Shown here: positions 55,318-64,000 of the stretch, piece after piece
Position numbering within the stretch: position 1 is the stretch's first letter
Layout: each line of letters begins with the position of its first letter
From: a virus
Taxonomy: Duplodnaviria > Caudoviricetes
Length of the DNA stretch: 64,000 nucleotides
Virus record (IMG/VR): IMGVR_UViG_3300023174_000037
Reading direction: 5' to 3' (one strand)
Program-made: the position numbers and the translations under genes
The notes under the pieces: generated by a model
Databases searched by the model: none
What the model saw: the letters and a program-made list of their open reading frames with translations, nothing else
Told to the model about the DNA's origin: nothing

Positions 55318-55547
55318 GTTACCTCGCTAAACTTCAATTTAAAAAGTAATGCATCTTGATCACTGCGAAAACTCCAGGTCATGTGTTCAGCACTGATGTC
55401 TGTGATAAATCTATTGCCCGGAAGGCCAAATAATTCAATACTAGCAATACTCATTTGATTCCAGTATTCCATAGTGTCAGCGCCGCGGCCCCACTTGACT
55501 GTAACAGGATATTTAAACTTAGGATCTCGCAACGTAGTTTTTTTCAA
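55311..55547 (-). CDS. Small hypothetical protein (F..DA..F.LKFS family)
   Basis: C-terminal SFRSDQDALLFKLKFS. Confidence 0.6.
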   Translation of the reverse strand: MKKTTLRDPKFKYPVTVKWGRGADTMEYWNQMSIASIELFGLPGNRFITDISAEHMTWSFRSDQDALLFKLKFSEVTC

Positions 55548-55773
55548 TATATTTGTTGGTCTGATCTACTGACCACGAGTTATAATGCAACAAGTTATCA
55601 GTTATATTAAAATTGTTACAAAAACTTTGACCATATCGTTGACCGTGTAGGGCATCAAATGTAAACGTCTGTTTCCATTGCTCAAATGTTTCTTTGTCGA
55701 TGGGTTCTTGAACTTGACCTTTTTGGTCAGCAAAAGCAACAAGTTGATCAAATACGGAAGATTGTGTTTTCAT
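55519..55773 (-). CDS. Hypothetical protein
   Basis: 84 aa; TTGACA-N18-TAAAAT-N5-ATG upstream (55779-55808). Confidence 0.6.
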   Translation of the reverse strand: MKTQSSVFDQLVAFADQKGQVQEPIDKETFEQWKQTFTFDALHGQRYGQSFCNNFNITDNLLHYNSWSVDQTNKYIEKNYVARS

Positions 55774-55776
55774 ATA

Positions 55777-56316
55777 CTATTTTAACACGCTTTCGCCATT
55801 GTTGTCAACTTCAATCCAGGTGTAGTCACCCAACCATTTTACTCGGCAAATATACTCGTATTCATCGGGTTTACCGGTGCACCATTCATCAGGGCCAGTG
55901 TGACACAAAATGGTTCCACCTTTTCTATGGTCATGTGCTAACCAATAGCATTGGCCGTGGTATATCTGGAAACCATACTTGGCCGCATGGACCAAGTCAG
56001 TAATGTCCAACCTTTGTCTAACTTCATCAGCTTGACGCTGTAGCACCGCAACCAATTCCATAATACGATTGTATTCTTGCTTGGCATGCATACGAGCCAC
56101 GTTGACCATGACATCTTTTTGTTTTTCAACCGGAATAAGATCAAAAGCCGGGCCACCAACATCAGTAGGATAAGGTGTTACATTGCGATTAAAAAACTGT
56201 ATTAACCCGCCAGTGGCAGTGCTGTCGTAGCTGTCGCGACCGTCGGCAGAATTAGGTTTGCCCGGGTCTGACACATTAATCCCAGAGATTCTGGTAGTAT
56301 TTTCCAAACAAGGCAA
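55777..56316 (-). CDS. DUF2452-like protein
   Basis: PYPTDVGGP.FDLIPV..QK...; AKYGFQ...G..Y.L. Confidence 0.55.
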   Translation of the reverse strand: MPCLENTTRISGINVSDPGKPNSADGRDSYDSTATGGLIQFFNRNVTPYPTDVGGPAFDLIPVEKQKDVMVNVARMHAKQEYNRIMELVAVLQRQADEVRQRLDITDLVHAAKYGFQIYHGQCYWLAHDHRKGGTILCHTGPDEWCTGKPDEYEYICRVKWLGDYTWIEVDNNGESVLK

Positions 56317-56953
56317 AACCGTTTTGAATTCGTTTTTCGACTTTTTTCATACCTACATAATCACATTTGTAAGTATGGTTGGGGCCATCTTCCCACTTAT
56401 ACATGGTAGCCTTACCTGCATCGTCCCAGGCACAGGCAACAGTTTTGTAATCAAATTCGCCTGAACGGAAAGCATCTTGCCATGAATCGTCTGCTTTGCA
56501 TTCAAACGCAAAGATCATTTCGCCCAATACCCAGTCCCAACGTTTGAAATGATTCTCATCAGTGTCCCACTCGTTTTCTTTAGGCGGCGCTTCGGTGCTA
56601 CGCAGGCCTAGACCTTTTGGAACATCCTTATCATCAACAAACGGAGCACCGTGTTTGTCTTTCTGCAATTGTCGAAGCATGGGCAGAATAATGTCAGCTA
56701 GGGTGTGATCCATTGACCAAGTATCCCACCGATCAATTTTAACGTAATTAATTTTAGGATGCACAAAGTCTAAAAACTTGTGCCAGGCGGTACAAAATGG
56801 CATCAAGAGGTTGACCCATTTGGTATACCGGTGCCCAGGCTTGTCTTCGTGGTTGTAAAAGACATCGTCGTCTTTTTCCCAAAAGCATACAAATTTAAGA
56901 ATAGTATATGGACTGATCCAATGATCACGATAACCGCTGATATAAACTTTCAT
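56276..56953 (-). CDS. Conserved phage hypothetical protein
   Basis: VKIDRWDTWSMDHTLA.II.PML.QL...RWDWVL.EMIFAF; start ATG 56953. Confidence 0.65.
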   Translation of the reverse strand: MKVYISGYRDHWISPYTILKFVCFWEKDDDVFYNHEDKPGHRYTKWVNLLMPFCTAWHKFLDFVHPKINYVKIDRWDTWSMDHTLADIILPMLRQLQKDKHGAPFVDDKDVPKGLGLRSTEAPPKENEWDTDENHFKRWDWVLGEMIFAFECKADDSWQDAFRSGEFDYKTVACAWDDAGKATMYKWEDGPNHTYKCDYVGMKKVEKRIQNGFALFGKYYQNLWD

Positions 56954-57354
56954 TCTAGACCCTTTTCTTTCATTCCGCCTTTGTACCAATCGGTCAAAGG
57001 TTCATCAAATACTTCTCGAATTTTTAACATACGCCCATCCATAAACAAGGCTTTGTATTCTATCCAGGCATTTTGCTCCCACGACTTTTGTTGGCTTTCT
57101 AATGCATGACGATAGAAACGTATTTCACCATCAAAATCATGACAGCATACCCAACGCTGATTATACTGTTTCATATAGCCGCCGCCAAAACGATCAGCAT
57201 CATCAATCCAGTCTACATCATATTCTTCGTGCCACAGATACCAATGTCCATCATCTTGATTCTGCTCTATCTTGTAATTATCCAACAGTTGACTTGGAGT
57301 ATCTTTTGTTTGATACTCCTCGTCTTTGTAGAAAAGTTGATCAAACATGCCCAT
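56950..57354 (-). CDS. Hypothetical protein
   Basis: MGMFD...YQTKD. Confidence 0.6.
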   Translation of the reverse strand: MGMFDQLFYKDEEYQTKDTPSQLLDNYKIEQNQDDGHWYLWHEEYDVDWIDDADRFGGGYMKQYNQRWVCCHDFDGEIRFYRHALESQQKSWEQNAWIEYKALFMDGRMLKIREVFDEPLTDWYKGGMKEKGLE

Positions 57355-57569
57355 TACGTAATTCCTAGTGTGTCTGGACTATAGTCTAACCTGTTACCTG
57401 TATCGTCTGAATAGAATGTAGCAGTCTTGTCAGTTATTGTAACACTCAAATCCGAATGTAGCAAGTCATAATCGGTAAACTCAAAGTTGTCTGTATATAC
57501 CCTGAATCGATACTGCCCATCGGCACACCAAATTAATACACCTTCAACTCCATCTGCTGATATCTTCAT
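57354..57569 (-). CDS. Small hypothetical protein
   Basis: Start ATG 57569 (TAATG coupling). Confidence 0.5.
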   Translation of the reverse strand: MKISADGVEGVLIWCADGQYRFRVYTDNFEFTDYDLLHSDLSVTITDKTATFYSDDTGNRLDYSPDTLGIT

Positions 57570-57796
57570 TATTCGACTCCAAAATGCTCTCGAATCAACA
57601 TACCTTTTGTTTTGGTAATGTAACCACAACCAATTGAGTTGGGTCGTTCAATGTCTGCAATCTCGGCACACTCTTGCACAATTAACTCGCCAAAACGAAT
57701 AATTGCCGCACGATCATACTCATCTAGTTCATCCCAGCATCCTTGTGCTACCAAGCCAGAATCATAGTGCAACCGTGAAAAGACGTCTTCGTTCAT
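57569..57796 (-). CDS. Small hypothetical protein
   Basis: FGELIVQECA...IREHFGVE. Confidence 0.6.
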   Translation of the reverse strand: MNEDVFSRLHYDSGLVAQGCWDELDEYDRAAIIRFGELIVQECAEIADIERPNSIGCGYITKTKGMLIREHFGVE

Positions 57797-57999
57797 TACC
57801 AAGTGCTTACATCTGTAATATCAATTTTGGTGTCAACATCTTTGTCGTCATCACCAAACAGGTTAAAACTAACTGTGATTCCTTCACCAATGCCACTAGA
57901 ATGATCTACTTTGATAGTGAACCATTCTACTTCTTTAAAATGAGTGTATATCTCAGCCAATTTGCCCAGCTGTTTACGATTAAGTGCCAATTCAGTCAT
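57796..57999 (-). CDS. Small hypothetical protein
   Basis: Ends IDITDVSTW; TAATG coupling. Confidence 0.6.
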   Translation of the reverse strand: MTELALNRKQLGKLAEIYTHFKEVEWFTIKVDHSSGIGEGITVSFNLFGDDDKDVDTKIDITDVSTW

Positions 58000-58193
58000 T
58001 ACCAACTCCCATCATCAATCCAAAAGCTAACATTTAAAAAGAGAAATTTTACATACCAACCCTTTTCATTAGGGCCTGCCCACTCGCCTCTAAAATCTTT
58101 TCCAAACCCACCCAGATAAGACCAGTGGAATGGATTTAGATTCAGTCTAACTGTGATGCCACTGTATCTAATCCAACTGAACAAATTTTTCAT
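57999..58193 (-). CDS. Small hypothetical protein
   Basis: Ends WIDDGSW. Confidence 0.55.
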   Translation of the reverse strand: MKNLFSWIRYSGITVRLNLNPFHWSYLGGFGKDFRGEWAGPNEKGWYVKFLFLNVSFWIDDGSW

Positions 58194-58564
58194 GTCTGCG
58201 GTTCCTGGCCCTGTTGTAACCATTGTTGCAACGGATCATAATCCAGTGTTGTCCAGTCGGTGTCCTCGGGCATAATTTCAATCAGATTACCTTGTTCCGC
58301 GGCTCGTTCAATAAAGTTACCAAGAACACCACCGCCATAGCCATTGGTGCCGTACGCAGATTTGTGGCAACTGTAAACAGATCCAGAATGGCCGTCAAAC
58401 TCGTAACAGTTATCTCGAAGCGAGGCACGAGTAATGCCCGAGTTTAACTTCCAAGAATCACTACCGGCATAGCCGCCGTACCAACAGGCAAACACTTTGT
58501 AGAGTTTGATCTCAGGTCCGGTAATTTTAATAACCACCCATTTGTCTGGTTGATATTCACTCAT
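58190..58564 (-). CDS. Conserved phage hypothetical protein
   Basis: PDKWVV...YKVFACW.GGY.GSDSWKLNSGI...GHSGSVY.C. Confidence 0.7.
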   Translation of the reverse strand: MSEYQPDKWVVIKITGPEIKLYKVFACWYGGYAGSDSWKLNSGITRASLRDNCYEFDGHSGSVYSCHKSAYGTNGYGGGVLGNFIERAAEQGNLIEIMPEDTDWTTLDYDPLQQWLQQGQEPQT

Positions 58565-58755
58565 TGCTCAATCTCCACAGTTGTGTTGTCGTCAAAATCA
58601 AAATACTCACAAATTTCTGACAGCACTGCATCAAACATGGCTGACATAAGTTGGTCGTTGGTTGGGAAATCAGTATGCTTGTAAGCACGATTCATGCCAA
58701 GTTGAACTCCACGCTCAATACAGTCTGACAATACTGTATATTCTTTTACCTTCAT
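58561..58755 (-). CDS. Small hypothetical protein
   Basis: 64 aa; coupled at both ends. Confidence 0.6.
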   Translation of the reverse strand: MKVKEYTVLSDCIERGVQLGMNRAYKHTDFPTNDQLMSAMFDAVLSEICEYFDFDDNTTVEIEQ

Positions 58756-59681
58756 TAGACCTCCAAATACTGTAATTTAAAAAAGTTTGCAACAGTTTCA
58801 TGTCCAATATAACCACGTGGGTTACAGACAACACGAGTTTCACCAATGCAGTAGTCACTGGCATTGTGCATGTGGCCATGAAACCAAATCTTAATCTGCG
58901 GCCGATCCATAATAAACTCTTCCAAGTCACTGCGGAACGCACCATTCATTATAGTGTCACCACGAAACCATTCAGCTACACTTTGACTGCTAGGAGCATG
59001 ATGTCCAACCACAACAATTTTTTCATTGTGTTTCTCAGCAACAATGTGCTCAATGTAATCCAACATCTGTTGATGATCTTCCACAGTGTCTTCTGGACTC
59101 CAATTGGCCGGCTCTTCTTTGCGTTTATGTCCTGCAGGAATCATAGCACCGGCCTCGTCAACCAAATACCTGCCGCCATTTTTTCCATCCTCAGTCCAGG
59201 CCGGATTGGGTTCGTAAAGCGGTACCTTACGTGCTATGGTTCTGGCACTGTTTACGACTCCACGAAAATCATTCATGGCTCCTTTGGTATGCATCAAAGT
59301 AATTGGATCACCACGGTTCATATCAGTCCACAGGGTGCCACCAATAAAAGTAACATCCTGATGTTGCCATATTTCTTTTTCAAGAATGTGTAAATTAGGA
59401 TGATCTAAATGCTCTTGAAGAATACCGTAACTTTTGGCTGCATCACCGTGATAGTGTTCGTGGTTGCCTAGAATATAAATCACCTGTGGAAATTCTTTGC
59501 AGACCTGATCAAAAAACTTACGATACTCTTGTGACAGTTCTCGTTTGTATCCACGTGAGCTTACAAAATCGTCGGCTACGCAGATATCTCCGGCCAGCAC
59601 CAGCACATCGGCTCCTTGATCATTCTTTAGATCAATAGGGCCAAACTCTAAATGTATGTCACTGGCTAATGCTATTTTCAT
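58755..59681 (-). CDS. Calcineurin-like metallophosphoesterase
   Basis: SDIHLE, LAGDI, LGNHEHY, GHHAP, FHGHMH. Confidence 0.9.
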   Translation of the reverse strand: MKIALASDIHLEFGPIDLKNDQGADVLVLAGDICVADDFVSSRGYKRELSQEYRKFFDQVCKEFPQVIYILGNHEHYHGDAAKSYGILQEHLDHPNLHILEKEIWQHQDVTFIGGTLWTDMNRGDPITLMHTKGAMNDFRGVVNSARTIARKVPLYEPNPAWTEDGKNGGRYLVDEAGAMIPAGHKRKEEPANWSPEDTVEDHQQMLDYIEHIVAEKHNEKIVVVGHHAPSSQSVAEWFRGDTIMNGAFRSDLEEFIMDRPQIKIWFHGHMHNASDYCIGETRVVCNPRGYIGHETVANFFKLQYLEV

Positions 59682-60033
59682 TGGTTTTTAACTGTGTTAA
59701 TTCTGTGCGGAATTGTGTTACTACTTCAGGATCTCCGCCGGCCAAATAGGCTGTTTTGCCCGGAAAGCGAGCTTCAAATGCCTGTCGAATTTCTAATGCA
59801 GTAGCGCCTTGGCAAACAAATTGTTTGTCTTCACTATTATAACAAAAATATCGACCTTGGTCAACCTCAATAGTCAGACCAATCATGTCATTTGCGGCTT
59901 CCATGACCACTTCCTCAATCATGCGGTCAATACGGGTTTTTATACGCTGATATAGATACCAAGCATACAAGATGACAGCGCCAACACCAATGGCAATGCC
60001 AACTAAAATATTTAAAATATCATTAGATTCCAT
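59659..60033 (-). CDS. Membrane-anchored hypothetical protein
   Basis: N-terminal TM helix. Confidence 0.6.
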   Translation of the reverse strand: MESNDILNILVGIAIGVGAVILYAWYLYQRIKTRIDRMIEEVVMEAANDMIGLTIEVDQGRYFCYNSEDKQFVCQGATALEIRQAFEARFPGKTAYLAGGDPEVVTQFRTELTQLKTNENSISQ

Positions 60034-60550
60034 TCGCTAGTCCTTTGGCTTCTACGCCTTCTTTGTACCATTCAGTTAAGGGATCAGGTTCGTCCCACTC
60101 TACATAGCCCCACGTATCTGCGGCCAGTTCTCGATAACGAGCTTGATCCGTGTTTGAGTCAACATCATCTGTGTCCAGATATTCACCATCATATGTGGTT
60201 GTTCCTATGTAACCTACACCAGATTCCCAATAATCCAACTTGAACTGCACCCTGCCATCCCCAGCGGCCCAGGTATGGAATGCTTCTACTGGTGGCGACC
60301 AAGCTGTGGAAAACTCAAATGTAACCGAATCATCTTCTTTGTCATCCAGCATGGCAATGTCGCAGATATCCCATTTGGTTCCCCAATTATTTACACACCA
60401 CTGATACCAATCATGATCACCCGCAAAATTGGGTTGTGGCACCATCCAGGACAACAACGCAGGGTCGTCTTGGGCAAGCCGTTTTTTGATTTCGTCAATG
60501 ACCGGTGCAGGTCCGGTAATAACAGCACGATTTGAACACCAATTGGGCAT
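60023..60550 (-). CDS. YubB/Api92-like ferredoxin-fold protein
   Basis: MPNWCSN, WYQWCVNNWGTKWD, FSTAWSPP. Confidence 0.75.
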   Translation of the reverse strand: MPNWCSNRAVITGPAPVIDEIKKRLAQDDPALLSWMVPQPNFAGDHDWYQWCVNNWGTKWDICDIAMLDDKEDDSVTFEFSTAWSPPVEAFHTWAAGDGRVQFKLDYWESGVGYIGTTTYDGEYLDTDDVDSNTDQARYRELAADTWGYVEWDEPDPLTEWYKEGVEAKGLANGI

Positions 60551-60559
60551 AGCTACTCC

Positions 60560-60988
60560 TTACTTAGTTTTACGCAGTTGAAAATACTGTTCGTGTTGAA
60601 TCCAACGATTCTTGACTAAAAATCCCCAATCACGCTGTTTGGGTCCCGGAACAAACATAGTCCAACAATCCACCCCGGGTTCTAGTTCAATTCTATGATA
60701 GTCTGTGCTGTGACCAAAACGTATTTGACCGGCACCTTTCCACTGTGGAGTTGAGCTATTTTTAGTCCATTCCCAATAGCCACCACGAAGAATGATAGTC
60801 ATGTAGGGCCATGGATGATCATGCAGGTCATCTGGATCACTTTTTAAAAACTTGTGAATAAAAACATTAAACGGAAACCAAGTGCGATCTCGTAAGAAAA
60901 CATAGTAGCGTTCTAAATATGGTTCGTTGTCTTCACGATCCATAATAACCCTATATCTTCCCAAGCGTTTGAATAGATTTTTTAGCAT
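60560..60988 (-). CDS. Cupin-fold protein
   Basis: LHDHPW, GGYWE, YHRIEL, WTMF..GP..RDWGF. Confidence 0.65.
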   Translation of the reverse strand: MLKNLFKRLGRYRVIMDREDNEPYLERYYVFLRDRTWFPFNVFIHKFLKSDPDDLHDHPWPYMTIILRGGYWEWTKNSSTPQWKGAGQIRFGHSTDYHRIELEPGVDCWTMFVPGPKQRDWGFLVKNRWIQHEQYFQLRKTK

Positions 60989-60994
60989 ACAAGT

Positions 60995-61023
60995 ATTATA
61001 CTACAAATGGATTTTTAGGTCAA
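60995..61023 (-). promoter_or_regulatory. sigma70-type promoter, leaderless into 60988
   Basis: TTGACC-N17-TATAAT-ACTTGT-ATG. Confidence 0.75.
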
Positions 61024-61030
61024 GTCAAGA

Positions 61031-61055
61031 GAAAACCGGCATTGCACCGGTTTTC
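61031..61055. terminator. Intrinsic terminator hairpin
   Basis: GAAAACCGG-N7-CCGGTTTTC. Confidence 0.7.
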
Positions 61056-61096
61056 GTTGCTAAGTGTCCAGTCTGAATTGGACAGCGAAGAAGCTA

Positions 61097-61366
61097 TTAG
61101 AGCGTGATGCCCATGGCTTGAGCTTTATAGCCAAGAGCTACTAACTTGCGGCTTGGTTTGCCCAACACGTATTCAGTTACCTGAACACCGTTACCGGCCG
61201 TACGGCTGTTGGTATAAACTGCAAAACCGTTTGAACGGATGCGGCTCACTTCAGCTGACAGGTTTTTTACGCCCATTTTGCTTGCTTGACTAGCAGTCAA
61301 AGCCTTGCCGGATTGCAATGCTGAGAATACTTTGAACGTCTTGGTTTCTGGATTAAAATGTTTCAT
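61097..61366 (-). CDS. Winged helix-turn-helix-like small DNA-binding protein
   Basis: ALQSGKALTASQA..GVKNLSAEVSRIR..GFAVY; SD AAGG. Confidence 0.6.
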   Translation of the reverse strand: MKHFNPETKTFKVFSALQSGKALTASQASKMGVKNLSAEVSRIRSNGFAVYTNSRTAGNGVQVTEYVLGKPSRKLVALGYKAQAMGITL

Positions 61367-61495
61367 TGTTTTTACCTTTCAATGTTAAACGCTGTTTAAC
61401 AACAGCTGATACAAGTATAACACTGAATTGCACAATACGCAATGAGTTCTGGATAGCTGTTTAGCCATAAATAACTAAAAAGGCTAACTAGACTC

Positions 61496-64000
61496 ATGAC
61501 CACCTATACAGTAACCGCTACAGCCACCGATGCCGCCACCGATAGAATTACCGTCAGCTCAGCAACCAACATGTTTTCAGGGTTGCCCATTGTATTTTCC
61601 GGCAGCGTGTTTGGCGGAATAACCGCTGGTGCTACCTATTATATTGGCACCGTTGTTCCAGGATTTCCAACCAGCACCATCACAGTGACCAGTTTACCGG
61701 GTGGTGCTGTTTTTGCGCTGAGCACAGCCGCAGGCACCATGACCGGCACATTCAGTTCGGGTGGACAGCAAATAATTGACATTGGTTCTGTGCCAAATGA
61801 CGGCACAGGTGACCCGTTAAGAACTGCTTTCAATGATACCAACGTAAACTTTGACCAGATTTTTGCAGCCGGTCCTGTTGGCAGCAACGTCCAAATAGCC
61901 AATAACAGTATTATAACCACCAATACCAATGGAAACTTGGTGTTAGCCCCAAATGGAACGGGCACGGTCCAGAGTAATGTTAGCATATTACCTAACCAAG
62001 CCAATATTCGAAATTTAGGCAGTGCGGCACAGCGTTGGAGCACCATTTACACTCAATATTTAGATGTAAGTGCCAATCTTAACATTGCCGGCAACATAGT
62101 TTACAATGGTGATCTTACTGTGGATGGTAACCTCACAGTGCAGGGCAACATCATACAAGTTGGTAACATTGTTACCGAAACATTGACTATTCAATTGGCC
62201 AATGCGGCCAGCACAGCCAATGCGGCCAATGGCGCTGGCATTACTGTGGGTGCCAATGATGATATTGCTACATTAATTTACAACAGCACCAGCAACGTGT
62301 GGACCACTAACATTGGCGTCAGTTCAGTTGGCAACATCACTGCACCATATTTCTTTGGCAACGGCAGTCAATTGACTGGGCTCGCCGCAACTTACGGCAA
62401 TGCCAACGTGGTCACATTGTTGGCTGGATTTGGTTCAAATACCGTAAGCACCACTGGTAACATCACAGGTGGATATATCTTTGGTAATGGTAGTCAGTTA
62501 ACCGGACTTGCTGCAACATATGGAAACAGTAATGTGGTGGCCTACGGCGAATCGGGCTGGGCTGGCAATATCATTCCAAGTGGCAATGCAGTTTACAGTT
62601 TGGGCAATGCTACAAATCAGTGGAATGATTTGTATGTGAGCAATGCCACCATCTTCATGAACAATGTGCCTATTAGTTTAAGTGCAGGCAATGTGCTCAC
62701 AGTCAACGGTGAAGATGTTGTTGTAGCCAGCAACACTGGATTAGTATCAGTGTCCAGCATTGACATTGGCACAACAAATTTTTTAGTTGGCGATGATGAT
62801 TATTTGGTATTCGAAGGCTTGGTGCCAGGTGGTATTCGACCGGCAGAAACCGACACTTATAATTTAGGAAATGTTGGTAAGATTTGGTCAGAAATACATG
62901 CCAACGTCTACTATGGAAATGGTAGCCAACTCACTGGAATTTCAACTGCCAACACCGGCAATGTCACATTCAATAATGTCAACATTATCGGTGATGAAAA
63001 CTTACGTTTACAACCAGATCCTGCTAATGCTGACGCATACTTGGACATCTATCTAACCACTGGTCCAGATATTCACATTGCTGGCAACGGTGAAAGTGTC
63101 ATTCTTGGTACTGATGATTATGCAAATGTCACTGTTAATGTTGATGGCAATGTATCTATACAGGCCAGCAACGGAACACCACATACCTGGACCTTTGCTA
63201 CAGATGGTAGCACCATATTCCCAACCCTGACCACACAGCGTGGCGACAATCCAAGTGGAACAATACAAGGTCAAACCCTGTTGTTTGGCGATGCCACACA
63301 AGAAGCCATTATCTCCACTCCAGATGGCAGTAATGCAGATGGTATCAATAGCCAACGATTAGTTATCAATCCCGGCAAAGGTGAAGACAGCAACGGCGGA
63401 GAAGGCGGCGACATCTACTTATGGGCTGGTCGCGGTGGCAACAACAACGGTTCGGGTGGTGACGTCAAGATCCGTGGTGGTCAAGGCATGGGCAACACGG
63501 GCAGTGGTGGTTACCTTCGTATCGAAGCCGGTGACTCACAAGACCTTGGCACACCAGGATACATAGATATCACCGGTGGCCAAGGTGCTAACACATACGG
63601 TGGATATGTGCAGGTTACCGGTGGTCAAGGCGGCAACGGTCAAGGCGGTCCAGTTCAAATCCTGGGTGGCTACGGCGCCCCAGGATTCAAGGGCGGCGAT
63701 GCCAATATCATTGGTGGATCAAGTGCAGATGGTGTAGGCAGTTATGGTAATGTAAACATTGGTTCCGGTGCAAGCACTTGGTCATTTAGAAATAATGGAA
63801 CTACAACATTCCCTACAGGTAATATAACTTCTGATACATCATTGCAACTCACTACAACATTTGCCAATGTTAAAACAGTAGAGTATCAAACAGCAGGTGT
63901 TTGGGATGTATACGTAGAAGATGTTGCTACTGGACCTAATGATGCATGGTCTTGGATAGATGTAACATTCAAAGATAATTTAATAAACAAACCTCAAGTA
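61496..64000 (+). CDS. Long tail-fibre-like protein, partial (>835 aa, runs off the right edge)
   Basis: Absent from the track because it has no stop inside the window. ATG 61496 after TAAATA (61468-61473); IDIGSVPNDGTGDPLRTAF, repeated GNGSQLTG modules, Gly-rich GG.GG tracts. Confidence 0.8.
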   Translation, partial: MTTYTVTATATDAATDRITVSSATNMFSGLPIVFSGSVFGGITAGATYYIGTVVPGFPTSTITVTSLPGGAVFALSTAAGTMTGTFSSGGQQIIDIGSVPNDGTGDPLRTAFNDTNVNFDQIFAAGPVGSNVQIANNSIITTNTNGNLVLAPNGTGTVQSNVSILPNQANIRNLGSAAQRWSTIYTQYLDVSANLNIAGNIVYNGDLTVDGNLTVQGNIIQVGNIVTETLTIQLANAASTANAANGAGITVGANDDIATLIYNSTSNVWTTNIGVSSVGNITAPYFFGNGSQLTGLAATYGNANVVTLLAGFGSNTVSTTGNITGGYIFGNGSQLTGLAATYGNSNVVAYGESGWAGNIIPSGNAVYSLGNATNQWNDLYVSNATIFMNNVPISLSAGNVLTVNGEDVVVASNTGLVSVSSIDIGTTNFLVGDDDYLVFEGLVPGGIRPAETDTYNLGNVGKIWSEIHANVYYGNGSQLTGISTANTGNVTFNNVNIIGDENLRLQPDPANADAYLDIYLTTGPDIHIAGNGESVILGTDDYANVTVNVDGNVSIQASNGTPHTWTFATDGSTIFPTLTTQRGDNPSGTIQGQTLLFGDATQEAIISTPDGSNADGINSQRLVINPGKGEDSNGGEGGDIYLWAGRGGNNNGSGGDVKIRGGQGMGNTGSGGYLRIEAGDSQDLGTPGYIDITGGQGANTYGGYVQVTGGQGGNGQGGPVQILGGYGAPGFKGGDANIIGGSSADGVGSYGNVNIGSGASTWSFRNNGTTTFPTGNITSDTSLQLTTTFANVKTVEYQTAGVWDVYVEDVATGPNDAWSWIDVTFKDNLINKPQV

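Noticed and set aside
61639-63566. Track ORFs inside the right-hand region (61639..62046, 62871..63056, 63053..63355, 63381..63566)
   Set aside because: They are alternative-frame or antisense shadows of the open plus-strand fibre gene starting at 61496.

Overview
This is a 64-kb segment of a large (jumbo-type) dsDNA tailed phage genome in the standard genetic code. It is densely coded, with about 95% of genes on the minus strand. It uses sigma70-type TTGAC(A/C/T)-N16-18-TATAAT promoters and T4-like late TAA(A/G)TA promoters. Left to right it holds: a >1288-aa multidomain ORF running off the left edge (nucleotidyltransferase + HExxH peptidase-like + amidoligase), a glycosyltransferase-like and a cytidylyltransferase-like gene, ClpA and DnaJ, an extended lysis cassette (GH19 endolysin, embedded spanins, holin), an APS-kinase-like fusion, PhoH, an HAD nucleotidase, three radical-SAM genes, a clamp loader, a MazG-like gene, GroES, a DnaE fragment, a tail/baseplate/fibre block (26.5-36.7 kb), ErpA, Fe/Mn SOD, IF-1, a SleB-type cell-wall hydrolase, a region of small early genes with repeated promoter cassettes, AhpC and AhpD, a methyltransferase/nuclease/ParB-like cassette, many small accessory genes, and a plus-strand tail-fibre gene running off the right edge. 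I found no tRNA, rRNA, CRISPR array or integrase. The best candidates for undescribed biology are (1) a ~280-nt, extensively base-paired RNA leader between a late promoter and the cell-wall hydrolase gene (39.33-39.61 kb), (2) the giant modular polyprotein with Glu-ending linkers and a buried lipoprotein-signal-like segment, (3) widespread leaderless transcript architecture, and (4) a glycine-rich fibre gene split by an inserted 'KIICT' domain cassette. All functional calls come from motif recognition by eye; no database search or folding computation was run. A proteobacterial (possibly betaproteobacterial) host is an inference only.
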